Shown: positions 1 through 11,876, counted from the first letter of the stretch. The stretch: 64,000 nucleotides of DNA from Octopus sinensis (GCF_006345805.1 NC_043014.1:46748001-46812000); one strand, 5' to 3'. Made by a program: numbers and translations. The notes: generated by a model from the sequence alone, not told the origin.

Positions 1-21
1 TACTAAAGATTCCACGCTGTG

Positions 22-183
22 TCTAGAATGAACATGGGCAACCTTTTTCGAGAAGCGTGCCGCATGGAACATGGATCATTATTAAGTGGGATCACTATTA
101 AAAAATTATTCAAGGGCATCTTTCGTTAAACATGCCATTTGGAAGGTCCCGTGGGCCGCAAATTGCTCATGACTAATCTAGAG
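22..183. mobile_element. Degenerate hAT-like MITE
   Basis: Imperfect terminal inverted repeats (tctaga..catgggcaacc / ttgctcatg..tctaga) and a subterminal gggccgca motif typical of hAT non-autonomous elements. Confidence 0.35.
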
Positions 184-198
184 TAAGGACCCAATATT

Positions 199-432
199 TA
201 TTTATTTACTACCCACAAGGGGCTAAACAGAGGGGACAAACAAGGACAGACAAACGGATTAAGTCGATTACATCGACCCCAGTGCGTAACTGGTACTTAT
301 TTAATCGACCCCAAAAGGATGAAAGGCAAAGTCGACCTCGGCGGAATTTGAACTCAGAACGTAACGGCAGACGAAATACCGCTAAGCATTTCGCCCGGCG
401 TGCTAACGTTTTTGTCAGCTCGCTGCTGGACC
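199..432 (-). mobile_element. SINE family A (tRNA-like head, core gcctttcatcctttcggggtcgat, tail ccccttgtgggtagtaaa)
   Basis: Reverse complement of the consensus seen on + at 37320-37720; about 15 copies in the window. Confidence 0.85.
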
Positions 433-656
433 CAATACTGTAATAGCTTAGGTTTCAAAGGCCTGCAACTTTTCAATATCTTGTCAAAAGGCCTCAACGA
501 TCTACGAGGTGTACGTTCAACAAACAATTAGACAAATTAGTGATATATTAGATAAACCCACACACCACGGCAAGGGACGCTAAGAAGGGCCTCACTATCT
601 AACCGACTACTTCACCAAGAACGATTCCGGAGAGAGGACCTGAAAGTGAGTGTAGA

Positions 657-1075
657 ATATTTCTTTACTGCCCACAAGGGGCTAAACACAGAGAGTACAA
701 ACAAGGAGAGACAAACGGATTAAGGCGATTATATCGACCCCAGTGCGTAACTGGTACTTAATTTATCGACCCCGAAAGGATGAAAGGCAAAGTCGACCTC
801 GGCGGAATTTGAACTCAGAACGTAACGACAGACGAAATACCTATTTCTTTACTACCCACAAGGGGCTAAACACAGAGAGGACAAACAAGGACAGACAAAC
901 GGATTAAGTCGATTATATCGACCCAAGTGCGTAAATGGTACTTAATTTATCGACCCCGAAAGGATGAAAGGCAAAGTCGACCTCGGCGAAATTTGAACTC
1001 AGAACGTAACGGCGGACAAAATACCGCTAAGCATTTCGCCCGGCGTGCTAACGTTTCTGCCAGTTCGCCGCCTTA
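657..1075 (-). mobile_element. SINE family A, two tandem body units plus head
   Basis: Body repeated at 657-840 and 843-1010; head ends at cgccgcctt near 1075. Confidence 0.85.
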
Positions 1076-1678
1076 AAATGAGTCTAGAATAAGCAAACGT
1101 TAGCGCTAACGGTGGCCACAGCCTCTGGTCGAAGCTGATAATTGAATAATAGAATATATTGGTTTATCTAAAAAAAAAATATTATAGTTATTCCAAACGA
1201 CAAAAGAATGGACTTCCTATTCATGAAATGATGAAATGAGAGATAACGTCGATAAGAATAAAATGAATATGAGCAACAAATATAATGAGTTTGTTGGTAT
1301 GAAATGGTTTGCTTAGATCTTCGTTTTATATCCTCACTGTATAATTAATTAATCAATTTATCTTGTATCATTATAATCCTACATTCGAATTTGTTATTTT
1401 ACTCTATCATTTTAAAATCCATTGCTTAATATTTTCATATTTTTGAAGATATTCTTAAATTCACTGAAATTTGTGTTCATCGCAAACTGAATATCCTTCT
1501 ATGTTATGTAAATGTGATTACGGGTGTATTTGTGTATACACATATATATTATATATATTTGTCTCTCTATTTTTTGCATTGTGTGTGTGTGTGGTGTGTG
1601 TGTGTGTGTGTGTGTGTGTGCAGAGCAATCAATGAGCACAACAGGAAATATGTGAATCTGCATTTCTTTTACTTGTTC

Positions 1679-1718
1679 GCTTCTGTTGATCGGATTTTGT
1701 GCCTGAAATATATAAAGC
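1679..1718 (+). ncRNA. Degenerate minimal type I hammerhead-like motif
   Basis: gcuu-CUGUUGA-ucgg..ccu-GAAA-UAUAU-A-aagc: 4-bp stem I, palindromic AUAUAU stem III, AUA triplet; stem II weak. Confidence 0.35.
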
Positions 1719-1868
1719 TTACTTAACTTTCCCTTTTCGCATTGTTAGAAGCTCTTCGTCTTCATTATTTGCCCTTTTACTTCTGTATCACAATGCTTCA
1801 AGCAAACTACATAGCTCTTCATATATTTCGTCTATATGTACACGGATGTATATGTGCGTATGTAAATG

Positions 1869-1907
<39 letters not shown>

Positions 1908-1997
1908 ATATTATATATATATATACCGGAGTAAACACATAAATGTGAAACAAGGTGGAAAAAAGAGTACTCAAATACCAAATACTTCTAGCAAAAA

Positions 1998-2035
1998 CTG
2001 TCCGAAGAACGGCAACGGGAAACTCAGAGTAACAG
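1998..2035 (+). ncRNA. Type I hammerhead-like motif (U4C core) in a ~150-bp element flanked by (TA)n
   Basis: cugu-CCGAAGA-a-CG GCAA CG-g-GAAA-CU cag AGU-A-acag: stems I, II (GNRA loop) and III all pair; GUA triplet. Confidence 0.5.
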
Positions 2036-2084
2036 GTTTTGTTGAATTTTCTGCTGCTGCTTTAAATAAAGTATATATATATAT

Positions 2085-2400
2085 ATCACCGTGATCACCG
2101 TGACCGACCAGGCTATCAAATGTTGCTACACATCGCTGGTCACAATGCGCTTCGCATTGTTTTTAGCCTTCAAATGACGCCACCCCGCTGGCTAAGCGAG
2201 CAGGCCAACAGAAGAAAGAGTGAGAGAAAGTTGTGGCGAAAGAGTACAGCAGGGATCGCCACTACCCACTGCCGGAGCCTCGTGGAGATTTTAGGTGTTT
2301 TCGCACAATAAACACTCACAACGCCCGATCTGGGAATCGAAACCGCGATCCTACGACCGCGAGTTCTCTGCCCTAACCATTGGGCCATTGCGCCTTCACA
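2085..2400 (-). mobile_element. SINE family C, internally deleted
   Basis: Head ggcgcaatggcccagtggttagggcag on minus strand; matches the 20077-20460 copy. Confidence 0.75.
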
Positions 2401-2409
2401 CACACATAC

Positions 2410-2562
2410 ATGGCTGTATGGTAAGAAGCTTGCTTCCCAACCTCATGGTTCTCGGTACAGTCCCATTGCATGGCCCCTAGAGCAAGTCTCTTCTGCTGTA
2501 GCCCCGGGCCGACCAAAGCCTTGTGAGTGGATTTGGTAGACGGAAACCGAAAGAAGCCCGCC

Positions 2563-2603
<41 letters not shown>

Positions 2604-2785
2604 GTGTGTGTGTGTGTGCCCGTGTGTGTGTGTGTGTGTGTGCCCGCGTGCGTGTCTCTTTTTGTCTCCCAGCCATCGCTTTACAACTGATGCTGGTGCG
2701 TATATGTCTCTGTAACGTAGCGGTTCGGCAAAATCGACCGATAGAATAAGTACTGAGCATACAAAGGATAAGTCCTGGTGTCGAT
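2410..2785 (+). mobile_element. SINE family B (internal (TA)n(TG)n hub)
   Basis: ggctgtatggtaagaagcttgc head; gagtggatttggtagacggaaac body; matches about 15 copies. Confidence 0.8.
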
Positions 2786-2789
2786 TTCT

Positions 2790-3160
2790 GAATATCGTGG
2801 CACTTCGTCGATTACGACGACGTGGGTTCCAGTTGATCTGATTATCTGATCAACGGAACAGCCTGCTCGTGAAATTAACGTGCAAGTGGCTGAGCACTCC
2901 ACAGACACGTGTACCCTTAACGTAGTTCTCAAGGGAGATTCAGCGTGACGCAGAGTGTGACAAGATTGGCCCTTTTAAATGCAGGTACAACAAAAACAGA
3001 AATAAAGGGTGAGAGGAAGTTGTGGTGAAAGAGTACAGCAGGGCTTGCCACCACCCCCTGCCGTGGCCTCGTTGAGATTTTAGGTGTTTTCGTTCAATAA
3101 ACCGCAAACTTACGACCGCGAGACCGCTGCCCTAACCACTGGGCCATTGCGCCTCCACAA
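2790..3160 (-). mobile_element. SINE family C
   Basis: Homologous to 20077-20460 and 39590-39968. Confidence 0.8.
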
Positions 3161-3179
3161 TCCTGAATAAATAAATATA

Positions 3180-3305
3180 TATTTCCTGGTGTTCCTTTCC
3201 GTTGAAGAGCGTAGGCTCGAAACGTAAAAGACTTTCTCACCTTCCCGAGTGTTAAACAAGGTACACCTGTTGTTTATACATGTCTTCTTGTTTTGTTTTC
3301 TTGTA
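3180..3305 (+). mobile_element. Penelope-like pLTR fragment, family P-b, with minimal hammerhead motif at 3195-3230
   Basis: cuuu-CCGUUGA-a-GAGC GUAG GCUC-GAAA-CGUA-aaag; homologous to 22530-22705, 43385-43575 and 47560-47745; ends in (TA)n. Confidence 0.55.
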
Positions 3306-3319
3306 AATTATATATATAT

Positions 3320-3350
<31 letters not shown>

Positions 3351-3420
3351 TATATATAAGAGTATTGTAGTTCGCTTGAAGCATTGTGTATTGTTTGTAA
3401 AGAATAAAAAGTTTTGAGTG

Positions 3421-3687
3421 GTACAACAATGCACTATAATATAAAAAAATGGACTATAAACCTGTCATTTAGTTATCCATAGTCCCATGATATTTCGGAA
3501 TACAATTCCGTCTTCAGATATTCTTAGATGGAGTCGCTGCTATAATCGGTTATAAACCAATTATAGCAGCGACTCCATCCAAGAGAATCTAAAGAAGGAA
3601 TTGTATTCCGAAATATCATCGGACTATGGATAACTAAATGACAAGTATATAATCCTTTTTTTTAAATATTATAGTGCATTGCTGTAC
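3421..3687. repeat. Fold-back element (~125-bp imperfect arms) with a hammerhead-like core in each arm
   Basis: Arms reverse-complementary about ggttataaacc (~3553). Minus strand 3487-3519 reads CUGAAGA-c-GGAAU ugu AUUCC-GAAA-UAUC; the right-arm copy has CUAAAGA. Confidence 0.8.
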
Positions 3688-3709
3688 CATTCAAAACATT
3701 TCATATATA

Positions 3710-3760
<51 letters not shown>

Positions 3761-4621
3761 TATTATCATTTTATATCATATGTGTATATATATATTTCTC
3801 TATGCCTATATGTATGTATCATATGTCTATATATATATATAATATATATATATAATATATATATATATATGTATCTGTATCTACGTATATGTATTTGATG
3901 AAGTGTTAAGCTATCATTTGGCTCTTTATTTTCCGTGTTCTTTTGTTCGCGGCGTTCGTTTTTCACCAATTCTTGACTCAATGCAAACTCGTTGCTGCTT
4001 TGGCTATCGAACTGAAGTAATAACACGCTGGAGTTTAACGACATATTAATCAATTGATCCCTTAAATTAAGTCGATATAGTTTTATAGAGCTAAAGAACT
4101 GATTTAATATATTAAACACACACGCATACATACACACACACATACTCACACACACGTATCTTATCGGTTATCGTTTGCTTGTCTTTCGCCCGGTGTGCTA
4201 ACAATTCTGCCAGATCGCCGCCTTCTAATCTCAATATAATAGAAAACAAAACAAAAACATGGCACATTCTTAAGACCACAGAGATCAACTTGGGCATGGA
4301 TTTATAGTATGTAGCATAGATAATCCTTTCTACTAGAGGTACAAGGCCTTAAATTTATAGGTCGGGGGACAAGTCGATTACATCGACCCCAGTGCTTTAC
4401 TTGTACTTAATTTATCGACCCCGAAAGGATGTAAAGCAAAGTCGACCCCGGCGGAATTCGAACTCAGAACACACAAAGGACTTCCACCGATTCCGTCCAC
4501 CAAATTCAAGCAGACGGCATTGGCTAGCCCCGGAGCTACATAGCAGACGACACTTGACCAAGGTGCCGCTCAGCAGGTCTGAACCAGTAACCACGTAGTC
4601 GCAGTACTATTATGTTGCATA

Positions 4622-4835
4622 TGAAGACGGCGAGCAGGCAGAATTGTTAGCACACCGGACAAAATACTTAGCGGTATTTCGCCCGTCGCTACGTTCTGAG
4701 TTCGAATTCCGCCGGGGTCGTTTTTACCTTTCATCTTTTCGGGGTCGATAAATTAAGTACAAGTAAAGCACTGGGGTCGATCTAATCGACTTTTTCCCTC
4801 CCCACAAATTTGAGGCCTTGTGCCTCCAGTAGAAA
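4622..4835 (+). mobile_element. SINE family A
   Basis: Head gacggcgagcaggcagaattgttagc, core and tail present. Confidence 0.8.
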
Positions 4836-4933
4836 GGATTATCTGTTACATATTATAAAACCACACCCATGTTGAGCTCTGTGGCCTTAAGAATGTGCCA
4901 AGTTCTTGTTTTGTTTTCTATTATATTGAGATG

Positions 4934-5152
4934 ACAAGGCGGCGAACTGGCAGAACTGTTAGCACACCAGGCGAAATACTTTGCGGTATTTCGCCCGTCG
5001 CTACGTTCTGAGTTCGAATTCCGACGGGGTCGACTTTGCCTTTCATCTTTTCGGGGTCGATAAATTAAGTACCAGTGAAACACTGGGTCGATGTAATCGA
5101 CTGGCCCCCTTCCCCCAAATTTCAGTCCTTGTACCTATAGTAGAAAGGATTA
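4934..5152 (+). mobile_element. SINE family A
   Basis: Full head-core-tail match. Confidence 0.8.
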
Positions 5153-6926
5153 TATTGGGATTACGTAATAAGTGTAGAACCGGAAAGGCGCCGGAAAGGA
5201 CAAGAACGGCCTTCGGATTACCTTTCCTACAGCGATATTTTTCCATTAAACCTTCGGCACGTCAAAGCAAATAGACAAGTTCTGGTTGTGACTTGAACAC
5301 GTTTTATCGTAGTTGTTGTCTGTCAGGATAACCTAGGACTGAACGACAACATTTTAGATTAGAGACATAAGCTTCATTTTTTTTTTTTTTAGCTATATTC
5401 TCAAATTCTTTTGAATCAATTATCTCAGCCGTTTCTCGTTTGTTATTGAAGTCGACATCAGAAAGAAGTCACCATGTGAAACTCGCACGAATTGCAACTC
5501 CTACTACACATAATGTTATTGCAGTTGTGTCTAGGAGTGTCTCGACCACGAAGTGTCTAACACACACACACACACAGACACACACGTGTGTGTGTTTGCG
5601 GGTGCATGTGTATGAATTTGTGTGTGTGTGTAAAGGCGCGTGGTCAAGTGGATAGAGGTGTTGCACTCTCGACTGCAAGATCATGGTTCGATTCCCGGAC
5701 CGGTTGGCGCGTTGAGCCCTCGAGTAAAAACACTTCATTTCACGTTAATCTGTGGGTGGGAGAGAGGCAGAATGGTCGACGCTTTGGGTAGAAATGCTTT
5801 TATGGTATATATCTTTCGTCTCTCTACATTCTGAGTTCAAATCCAGCTGCCCGGAGAACTAAACGACCTAATGGTCAAGATGCAGCACTCCCGATCGCAA
5901 GATCGTAGTTTTGGTTCACGGACCGGTTGGTGCGTTGTTTCTTGGACAAAACACTTTGTTATTTGGACATAGCAGACGACACTTGCCCAAGGTGCCGCGC
6001 AGCAGGTCTGAACCAGTAACCACGTAGTCGCAGTACTATTATGTTGCATATGAAGACGGGGATCTGGCATCATTTTGGACACCTGAAGTCTAGCACCCCG
6101 TGCACCTGCGCAGGTGATGCTGATTTGATGGAGGTGAATGAGCAGAAACATTTGATCACAGTAAACAAATTGTATGCGCAGGTTATTCAGCAATGAACTG
6201 CAGAACCTTCATATGTCGTTTACGTCACGAGTCCACCATTTGAGGACAGAGAAGGAATTCAAGCTGGATCACGACCTTATAATCTTAGAGAAAGATACAG
6301 TGACTGCATTGGTTGGGTTTTAACATATCTGGCCTCCAGTGACTTTAGCGAAATATTTAAGCTATGAAAATGGTTTGGATTAATGTAGCTAAAACAGCAG
6401 TAATCTCCAGGTTATTTTGGCTGGGATCTGATGGGTTTCATATCTTGACTAGTCGCTAAAACAAGAACAAGACAAATAGCTTTGACATCTTCACCATTAC
6501 CACCGCGTTCCCTGTGAGACCATTGCTACCATCGTCTCCCAGAATATCTAAAAAATACTCAACCGACAACAATACAATAACAAGTCATATCGCCAAAGAT
6601 CAACAATGGCCTAACAGTGCCACCGCTGCACGATAATCATAAATGTGACAACAGCCACATCTCAGATACATCATCCGCTATCAAAATCGACATCGCTACA
6701 AAGGCACATCACTATCTCCTCCAACGCCACCACCACCACCACCGCCGCCGACTTTACCTGCAGTAACAACAACAACAATAGCAGCAGCAGCAGCAACCAA
6801 AACAACAACAGAAGCAGCAGCAGCAGCCGAAACAATACTATACAGTTTCAAGGTTCATGTGAAGCACTCTACTGCGTTCAACAGAGCAATAAATGATTTC
6901 TTAAAGAGAGAACGCTGCATGTACTA

Positions 6927-6954
6927 ATGACGTCATACATATCAAATATGGCGG
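6927..6954 (+). promoter_or_regulatory. Candidate promoter motifs: perfect CRE palindrome plus YY1-like site
   Basis: ATGACGTCAT (6927-6936) followed by CAAATATGGCGG (6943-6954) in non-repeat sequence. Confidence 0.3.
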
Positions 6955-7383
6955 TCGTCTGCTGCCAACACTGCACAATGACTACACTATGCTTTTTTTT
7001 AAAGAAGAATTGATATTTACCGAAGAGTTTTGAAACGGTGCCAGCACAGCATCTTTAAATTAACATCTTCCAATAACATTTGTTACTGGTGTTTGCATGG
7101 ATGTTTGTGTGTGCGTGTGTATTTGTGAGTCTTTGTATGCACGCAGCTACATGCTGTTGAGCTGTGTATAAGTGTGTGTGTGTGTGTGTGTATGTGTATG
7201 TATGTGTGTTGAGTGGTAGTGTGTGTGTGTGTGTGTGTATGTGTGCGCATTTGTGTGGGTGTGTATATACAAACAAATAGACAAAACAATCAATAGTTAT
7301 GTGTATACACAAACACATGTTTGCAACCGACAACAAAAACACTGTGTGTATATATACAAATATAAATACATGCACACACAAAC

Positions 7384-7428
<45 letters not shown>

Positions 7429-7448
7429 AGTATATATATATATATATT

Positions 7449-7501
<53 letters not shown>

Positions 7502-7547
7502 AGATATATACATATATGCTCGCGCACCCGCGTGTGTGTGTGTCTGT

Positions 7548-7585
<38 letters not shown>

Positions 7586-8126
7586 ATTTATATGTATGCG
7601 TGTATACGTGTGGGTTTATCAGCGAGATAGCAGAGATTGCAGAACCGGTTTTCGTTCGATCGGTCCTTAGTCGGCCGCATATATAAGCTGGATGGCAAAA
7701 GAAAAAAAAAAACAGAGATGGAATATACCTCAGTTTCTATACACTTCCAACGCAAATTTGTGAACACGTCCAACATAATTCCGACAGAATCTCCTCATAG
7801 ACACACTGACCAAACCATACCAAATACAACAGACTCTAACAAGACTCATGTAAGTCCACACATTAGCCATCACATACTCTCTATCTCACATACACAGACG
7901 CCAAAAAGTATAAATATAATGACAAAAAACAAGAAACCTTGTTTAAAGGCAGGATGACAAAAAAAAAAAACTCCGAAAAACCAACTGATTGATTGATTGA
8001 CTGGTTAATCAAGCAATTGATTAGTTCATTTGTTAACTAGTTAACTTGTTGATTAAGAAGAAGTGAAATATAACTAGTATGTGTGTTTTCAATTACAAAA
8101 TGACCCTCCCAAATACAATAAACCCT

Positions 8127-8166
<40 letters not shown>

Positions 8167-8179
8167 TATATATATATAT

Positions 8180-8447
8180 CGGGCTGCGTGTTGTGTTCTT
8201 GAGCAAGGCACTTTATTTCACGTTGCTCCAGTTCACTCAGCTGTAAGAAATGAGTTGCGACGTCACTGGTGCCAAGCTGTATCGACCTTTGTCTTTCCTT
8301 TGGATAACACTGGTGGCGTAGAGAGGGAAGGCCGGTATGCATGGGCTACTGCTGGTCTTCCATAAACAACCTCGCCCAGACTTGTGTCTAGGAGGGTAAC
8401 TTTCTAGGTGCAATCCCATGGTCTGTGTCGTGACCGAAGGGGGTCTC
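8180..8447 (+). mobile_element. SINE family D, 5'-truncated
   Basis: Matches 20937-21160 (+) and 13228-13435 (-). Confidence 0.75.
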
Positions 8448-8449
8448 CG

Positions 8450-8833
8450 ATATAAGTTGAAGTTGTCTGTGTATGCCAGGTTTGGTAGCCTTCAACTAAC
8501 ACTATCTCCTCCGAGACCCTGCGGCGCAAATTGACCAAAATTGAGAGTATGATAGAAGAAGGCTTGCTCTTTCTTCCGTAGAAGATAAAATTCAAATCGG
8601 ACCATGTTAACACCAAAAATTATTTACATCGAAAAGGTGCTTTTTTTTTCTATGAAAATCCCTATTTTTTACGAATTTTTGACTGCTGTGTCGCCATTTT
8701 TCGGTGTATTTCGACCAGAAAAATGTTCACTTAAAGAGAATAACAAGCTACATAATGCAAAACTTTTACTTTTCAAAAATTCCAATTCTAAAGGGTCGAA
8801 ACATACCCGAGCAACGCCGGGCGATACTGCTAG
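8450..8833 (+). mobile_element. Non-autonomous Helitron-like element, 3' end
   Basis: Hairpin cccgagcaacgccggg (8806-8821), then CTAG (8830-8833) followed by T: canonical Helitron 3' terminus. Confidence 0.65.
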
Positions 8834-8848
8834 TAGTAGTAGTAGTAG

Positions 8849-8871
<23 letters not shown>

Positions 8872-8879
<8 letters not shown>

Positions 8880-9115
8880 GTTGTATACTGTCAATCTAAC
8901 GTGAACGTGACAGTAGAGGGTTACATCACCGCTGTTTAGCCCTAGGAAACATCGACGCTTCCTGCTGGCTTCGACACATTCGTATATGTATATAAGGACA
9001 CAGGAAAAATGTGTCGAAGCCAGCAGGAAGCGTCGATGCTTCTAGGGCTAAACAGCGGTGGTGTAACCACCTACTCTCACGTTCACGTTAGATTGACAGT
9101 ATACAACCATTCTAT
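8872..9115. repeat. Fold-back element, ~108-bp arms with 27-nt spacer
   Basis: 8872-8980 is reverse-complementary to 9008-9115 with few mismatches; (TA)n on the left. Confidence 0.9.
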
Positions 9116-9173
9116 CGCCCCACCACCGTACATATGTATGAGAGATTTAGAAATTTAATATTTCTGATATATA

Positions 9174-9210
<37 letters not shown>

Positions 9211-9372
9211 CGTTTATGAGAAACGTTTTGAATATGCAAATACAGCTCCTATTCTATTATGCTGGCCACAGTCTAATGGTGCTGACTGGTGAACCAGTTT
9301 TTGTGGTGGTTGCATCGAGCTGTACCGATATAGTGTAAGATAACTATAGTAATAATAACAAAAATCCTTGAA

Positions 9373-9823
9373 TGGAATTTATAAACATTTACTGCATCGT
9401 TACGCGCGTTTTTACGAATTGCATGTCTTTTAAGACCAAAAGTCCGTATTACTGCAATGCTTATTGTGCAGTCCGTGGTATCCGTGGGCACCGGGTTGGT
9501 TATCTTCATGGATTCATTTCTTCAGGCGATATAACATTAGTGGATGTACAACAGAGGAATGCATATCCTTTTTGACCGGTATGAAGGTTGACCGAGTTGT
9601 GTGGATATTTCTGTGTGAATTTGGTGGGGAGGAAAGGAAGATGTTGGAAAGAGAGGTAGAACTGCCATTCTGTCCTCACTTTGTACATCCACTAATGTTA
9701 TACCGCCTGAAGAGATGAATCCATGAAGATCGACCCGATGTCCACAGATACTATGGACCGCACTGTAAACATCCCAGGAATACGGAAACGTGCGTAGCAA
9801 TGCATTAAATGTTTGTAAATCCC
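9373..9823. repeat. Older degenerate fold-back element, 130-nt spacer
   Basis: 9373-9551 vs 9681-9823 reverse-complementary with many substitutions and an indel. Confidence 0.75.
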
Positions 9824-10036
9824 ACACAAAGATATATATATATATATATCATTAATGCCATACAAATACAGAAACTTCATGTTATGAAATAATTTTTTAT
9901 ATAACGATGAAACTGGAAGTAAATAAAATTATAAATGGAAAAAAAACTTGTATGTTTTTTTTTAACCTGATATTTACACGCTATATCTATAGCATTATCT
10001 GCTTCAAGATTTAACATTTTCAACGTACAAACAAAA

Positions 10037-10086
<50 letters not shown>

Positions 10087-10114
10087 ACAAACACATACAA
10101 CACACACACACATA

Positions 10115-10280
10115 GGCTCAGGCGTGGCTGTGTGGTAAGGAGCTTGCTTCTCAACCACATGGTTCCGGGTTCAGTCCCACTGTGTGGTACCTTGGGCAAG
10201 TGTCTTCTACTATAACCTCGGGCCGACCGAAGCCTTGTGAGTGGATTTGGTAGACGGAAACTAAAGAAGCCCGTCGTGTA
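10115..10280 (+). mobile_element. SINE family B, 5' half
   Basis: Head to gaagcccgtcg, ending in the (TA)n hub. Confidence 0.8.
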
Positions 10281-10283
10281 TAT

Positions 10284-10317
<34 letters not shown>

Positions 10318-10356
10318 ATATATATAATAGATAATATATATATATATATATATATA

Positions 10357-10503
10357 TTTATTTTATAGAAGGAGCTTCTACAGGACTAGAACTGTTTCAT
10401 TCAAAAGAAATCATCAGGAAGCTAGGTGACAAAGTAGTTTTGGCATTTGCCAAAACTACTCTTGTCACCTAGCTTCCTGTAGAAGCTCCTTCTATAAAAT
10501 AAA
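10357..10503. repeat. Fold-back element with an asymmetric 34-nt insertion
   Basis: Arms pair about ttttggcatttgccaaaa; only the left arm carries the hammerhead core. Confidence 0.85.
10373..10423 (-). ncRNA. Type I hammerhead ribozyme candidate, canonical core
   Basis: agcuuc-CUGAUGA-uUUC UUUU GAAu-GAAA-CAG uucuaguc CUGU-A-gaagcu: 6-bp stem I, 4-bp stem III, GUA triplet; only defect is a U.U at 10.1-11.1. Confidence 0.65.
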
Positions 10504-10812
10504 TTAATTTACTCTGCTATGTATTGAGTACCTTATTTACTGTGGTTAACCCCGACTCAACCCGGGACCTACATATATATAGATATATATATATATATAT
10601 ATAAGTGTGAATATGTTGTTTGTGTGTCTGTGTGTGTGTGTGTTAAATAAAATGAAACGACAAAGCCAACACTGTGTGGAATTTTCAGGACATTTATAAA
10701 GTGAAAGGTAGTTTTACACCTCTTTCTGGGATATTATGGATATTCCTTCATCATGGTGGAATTAATATCAGTTAATAAGTCTATATAATGAGTCAATACC
10801 ACCATGACTGAT

Positions 10813-11105
10813 ATCCAATCTACAGTGGAGAAGGCTAGCCACTGGATTTGGTTAAAAAGAGACGATGAGCGATGGCTAGAAGGATATTGAGTTTAACTTC
10901 ATAACCAGCTGATCTAGCAAGCGGGGCCTCATATCAGTGAGTGGAGCCGGTGCGCATTGATGCCGTCGAGAGGTAGGCCCCGAAACGGCGCGCATTCTCT
11001 CCTGATGACCCCATACACTTGCTGGCTTCCGGTATACGGAGCTTTTGACTGGTAGCACTTGCATGTGCAAGTTGTTTGCAAGACATGGTTGTAAATTACT
11101 CTGAC
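10813..11105 (+). mobile_element. 3' end of a HERO/R2-superfamily (RLE) non-LTR retrotransposon: ORF C-terminus plus 3' UTR
   Basis: 10813-10890 translates IQSTVEKASHWIWLKRDDERWLEGY*, resembling the AEKAS.W.W.KR terminus of HERO-type ORFs (from memory); UTR recurs at 36165-36330. Confidence 0.5.
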
Positions 11106-11119
11106 AGACCAAAGATCAA

Positions 11120-11615
11120 TATCGACCCCCAGTTCTTCTCACCAATCTACAAACACATAATATAGACTCATCAACTGATATCAATTCCACCATTCTTACT
11201 ATCGTTTCATAAAATTTACTGAGGGCAGTGCTTCTCTTTTTATCCTCATTCTCTCCCTCTATGGTTACCCAAAGAAGCCGATGAGGGCTTGTATACAGCT
11301 TCGTCATTAGACTTTGCAACCGTGTCCACCACATAACTTCAAACAGAGGAAGAACACCTGTAATTCCTCACCAAAGAAAGGTGCAAGTTCGGCCTTCGTG
11401 CCAATCAGAGTTATCTGTTACGTGATACTCGCTGTCCGGCATAAGCCCGCAAATCGGCAGCGCACCAACAACACTCAACAGATGCATGTCGGACAGTTTC
11501 GAACAGATTTCGTTGCTGGCGGAGTCCAACTCACAGCCATATTTGTACAATACATCGCAAACAGACAAATCACCCGTAACAATGCCAGACTTTTGGAAAT
11601 TGTCCATAGAATCTG
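11120..11615 (-). pseudogene. Decayed Tx1/L1-like LINE ORF2 C-terminal region
   Basis: Frameshifted minus-strand reading includes C..(C)GEE...FFLC, a zf-RVT-like motif; stops and frameshifts present. Confidence 0.35.
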
Positions 11616-11876
11616 ACCTGAAAGTACTCCTCTTGGTGGTGATGGTGGTGGTGCAGGAGGCGGCGACGGCGGTGGGGGTTGCGGCGACAGCAACGATGGT
11701 GGTGGTAGTGGTAGCGGTGAATGTTTAGGTGATGATGATGGGGGGGGGGCTGATTGTGTAGGAGATGACGGTAGTGACGGTGTTGGTGATAGTAATGGCG
11801 ATGATTGTGTTGGAGATGGTGGTGGTGGTTGTGGTGATGGTAGTGGCCATGTATTAGTAGTAGTATTAGTAGACGG

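Noticed and set aside
1098-1111. 14-bp perfect palindrome CGTTAGCGCTAACG
   Set aside because: Short enough to arise by chance next to a SINE end; no supporting context.
6070-6480. Minus-strand CSHC..CP..RKRHMKVL resembling an RLE retrotransposon zinc knuckle
   Set aside because: Multiple stops and no clear PD-D motif; too weak to call.
10708-10760. Minus-strand AUGAUGA..AUAUCCCA-GAAA-GAGGUGUA motif
   Set aside because: Core, stem III and stem I are all broken; kept only as a probable decayed relative of the 15378 motif.
10975-11015. GAAAC...CUGAUGA as a type II hammerhead (also in the 36.2-kb copy)
   Set aside because: Stems I-III do not pair in either copy.
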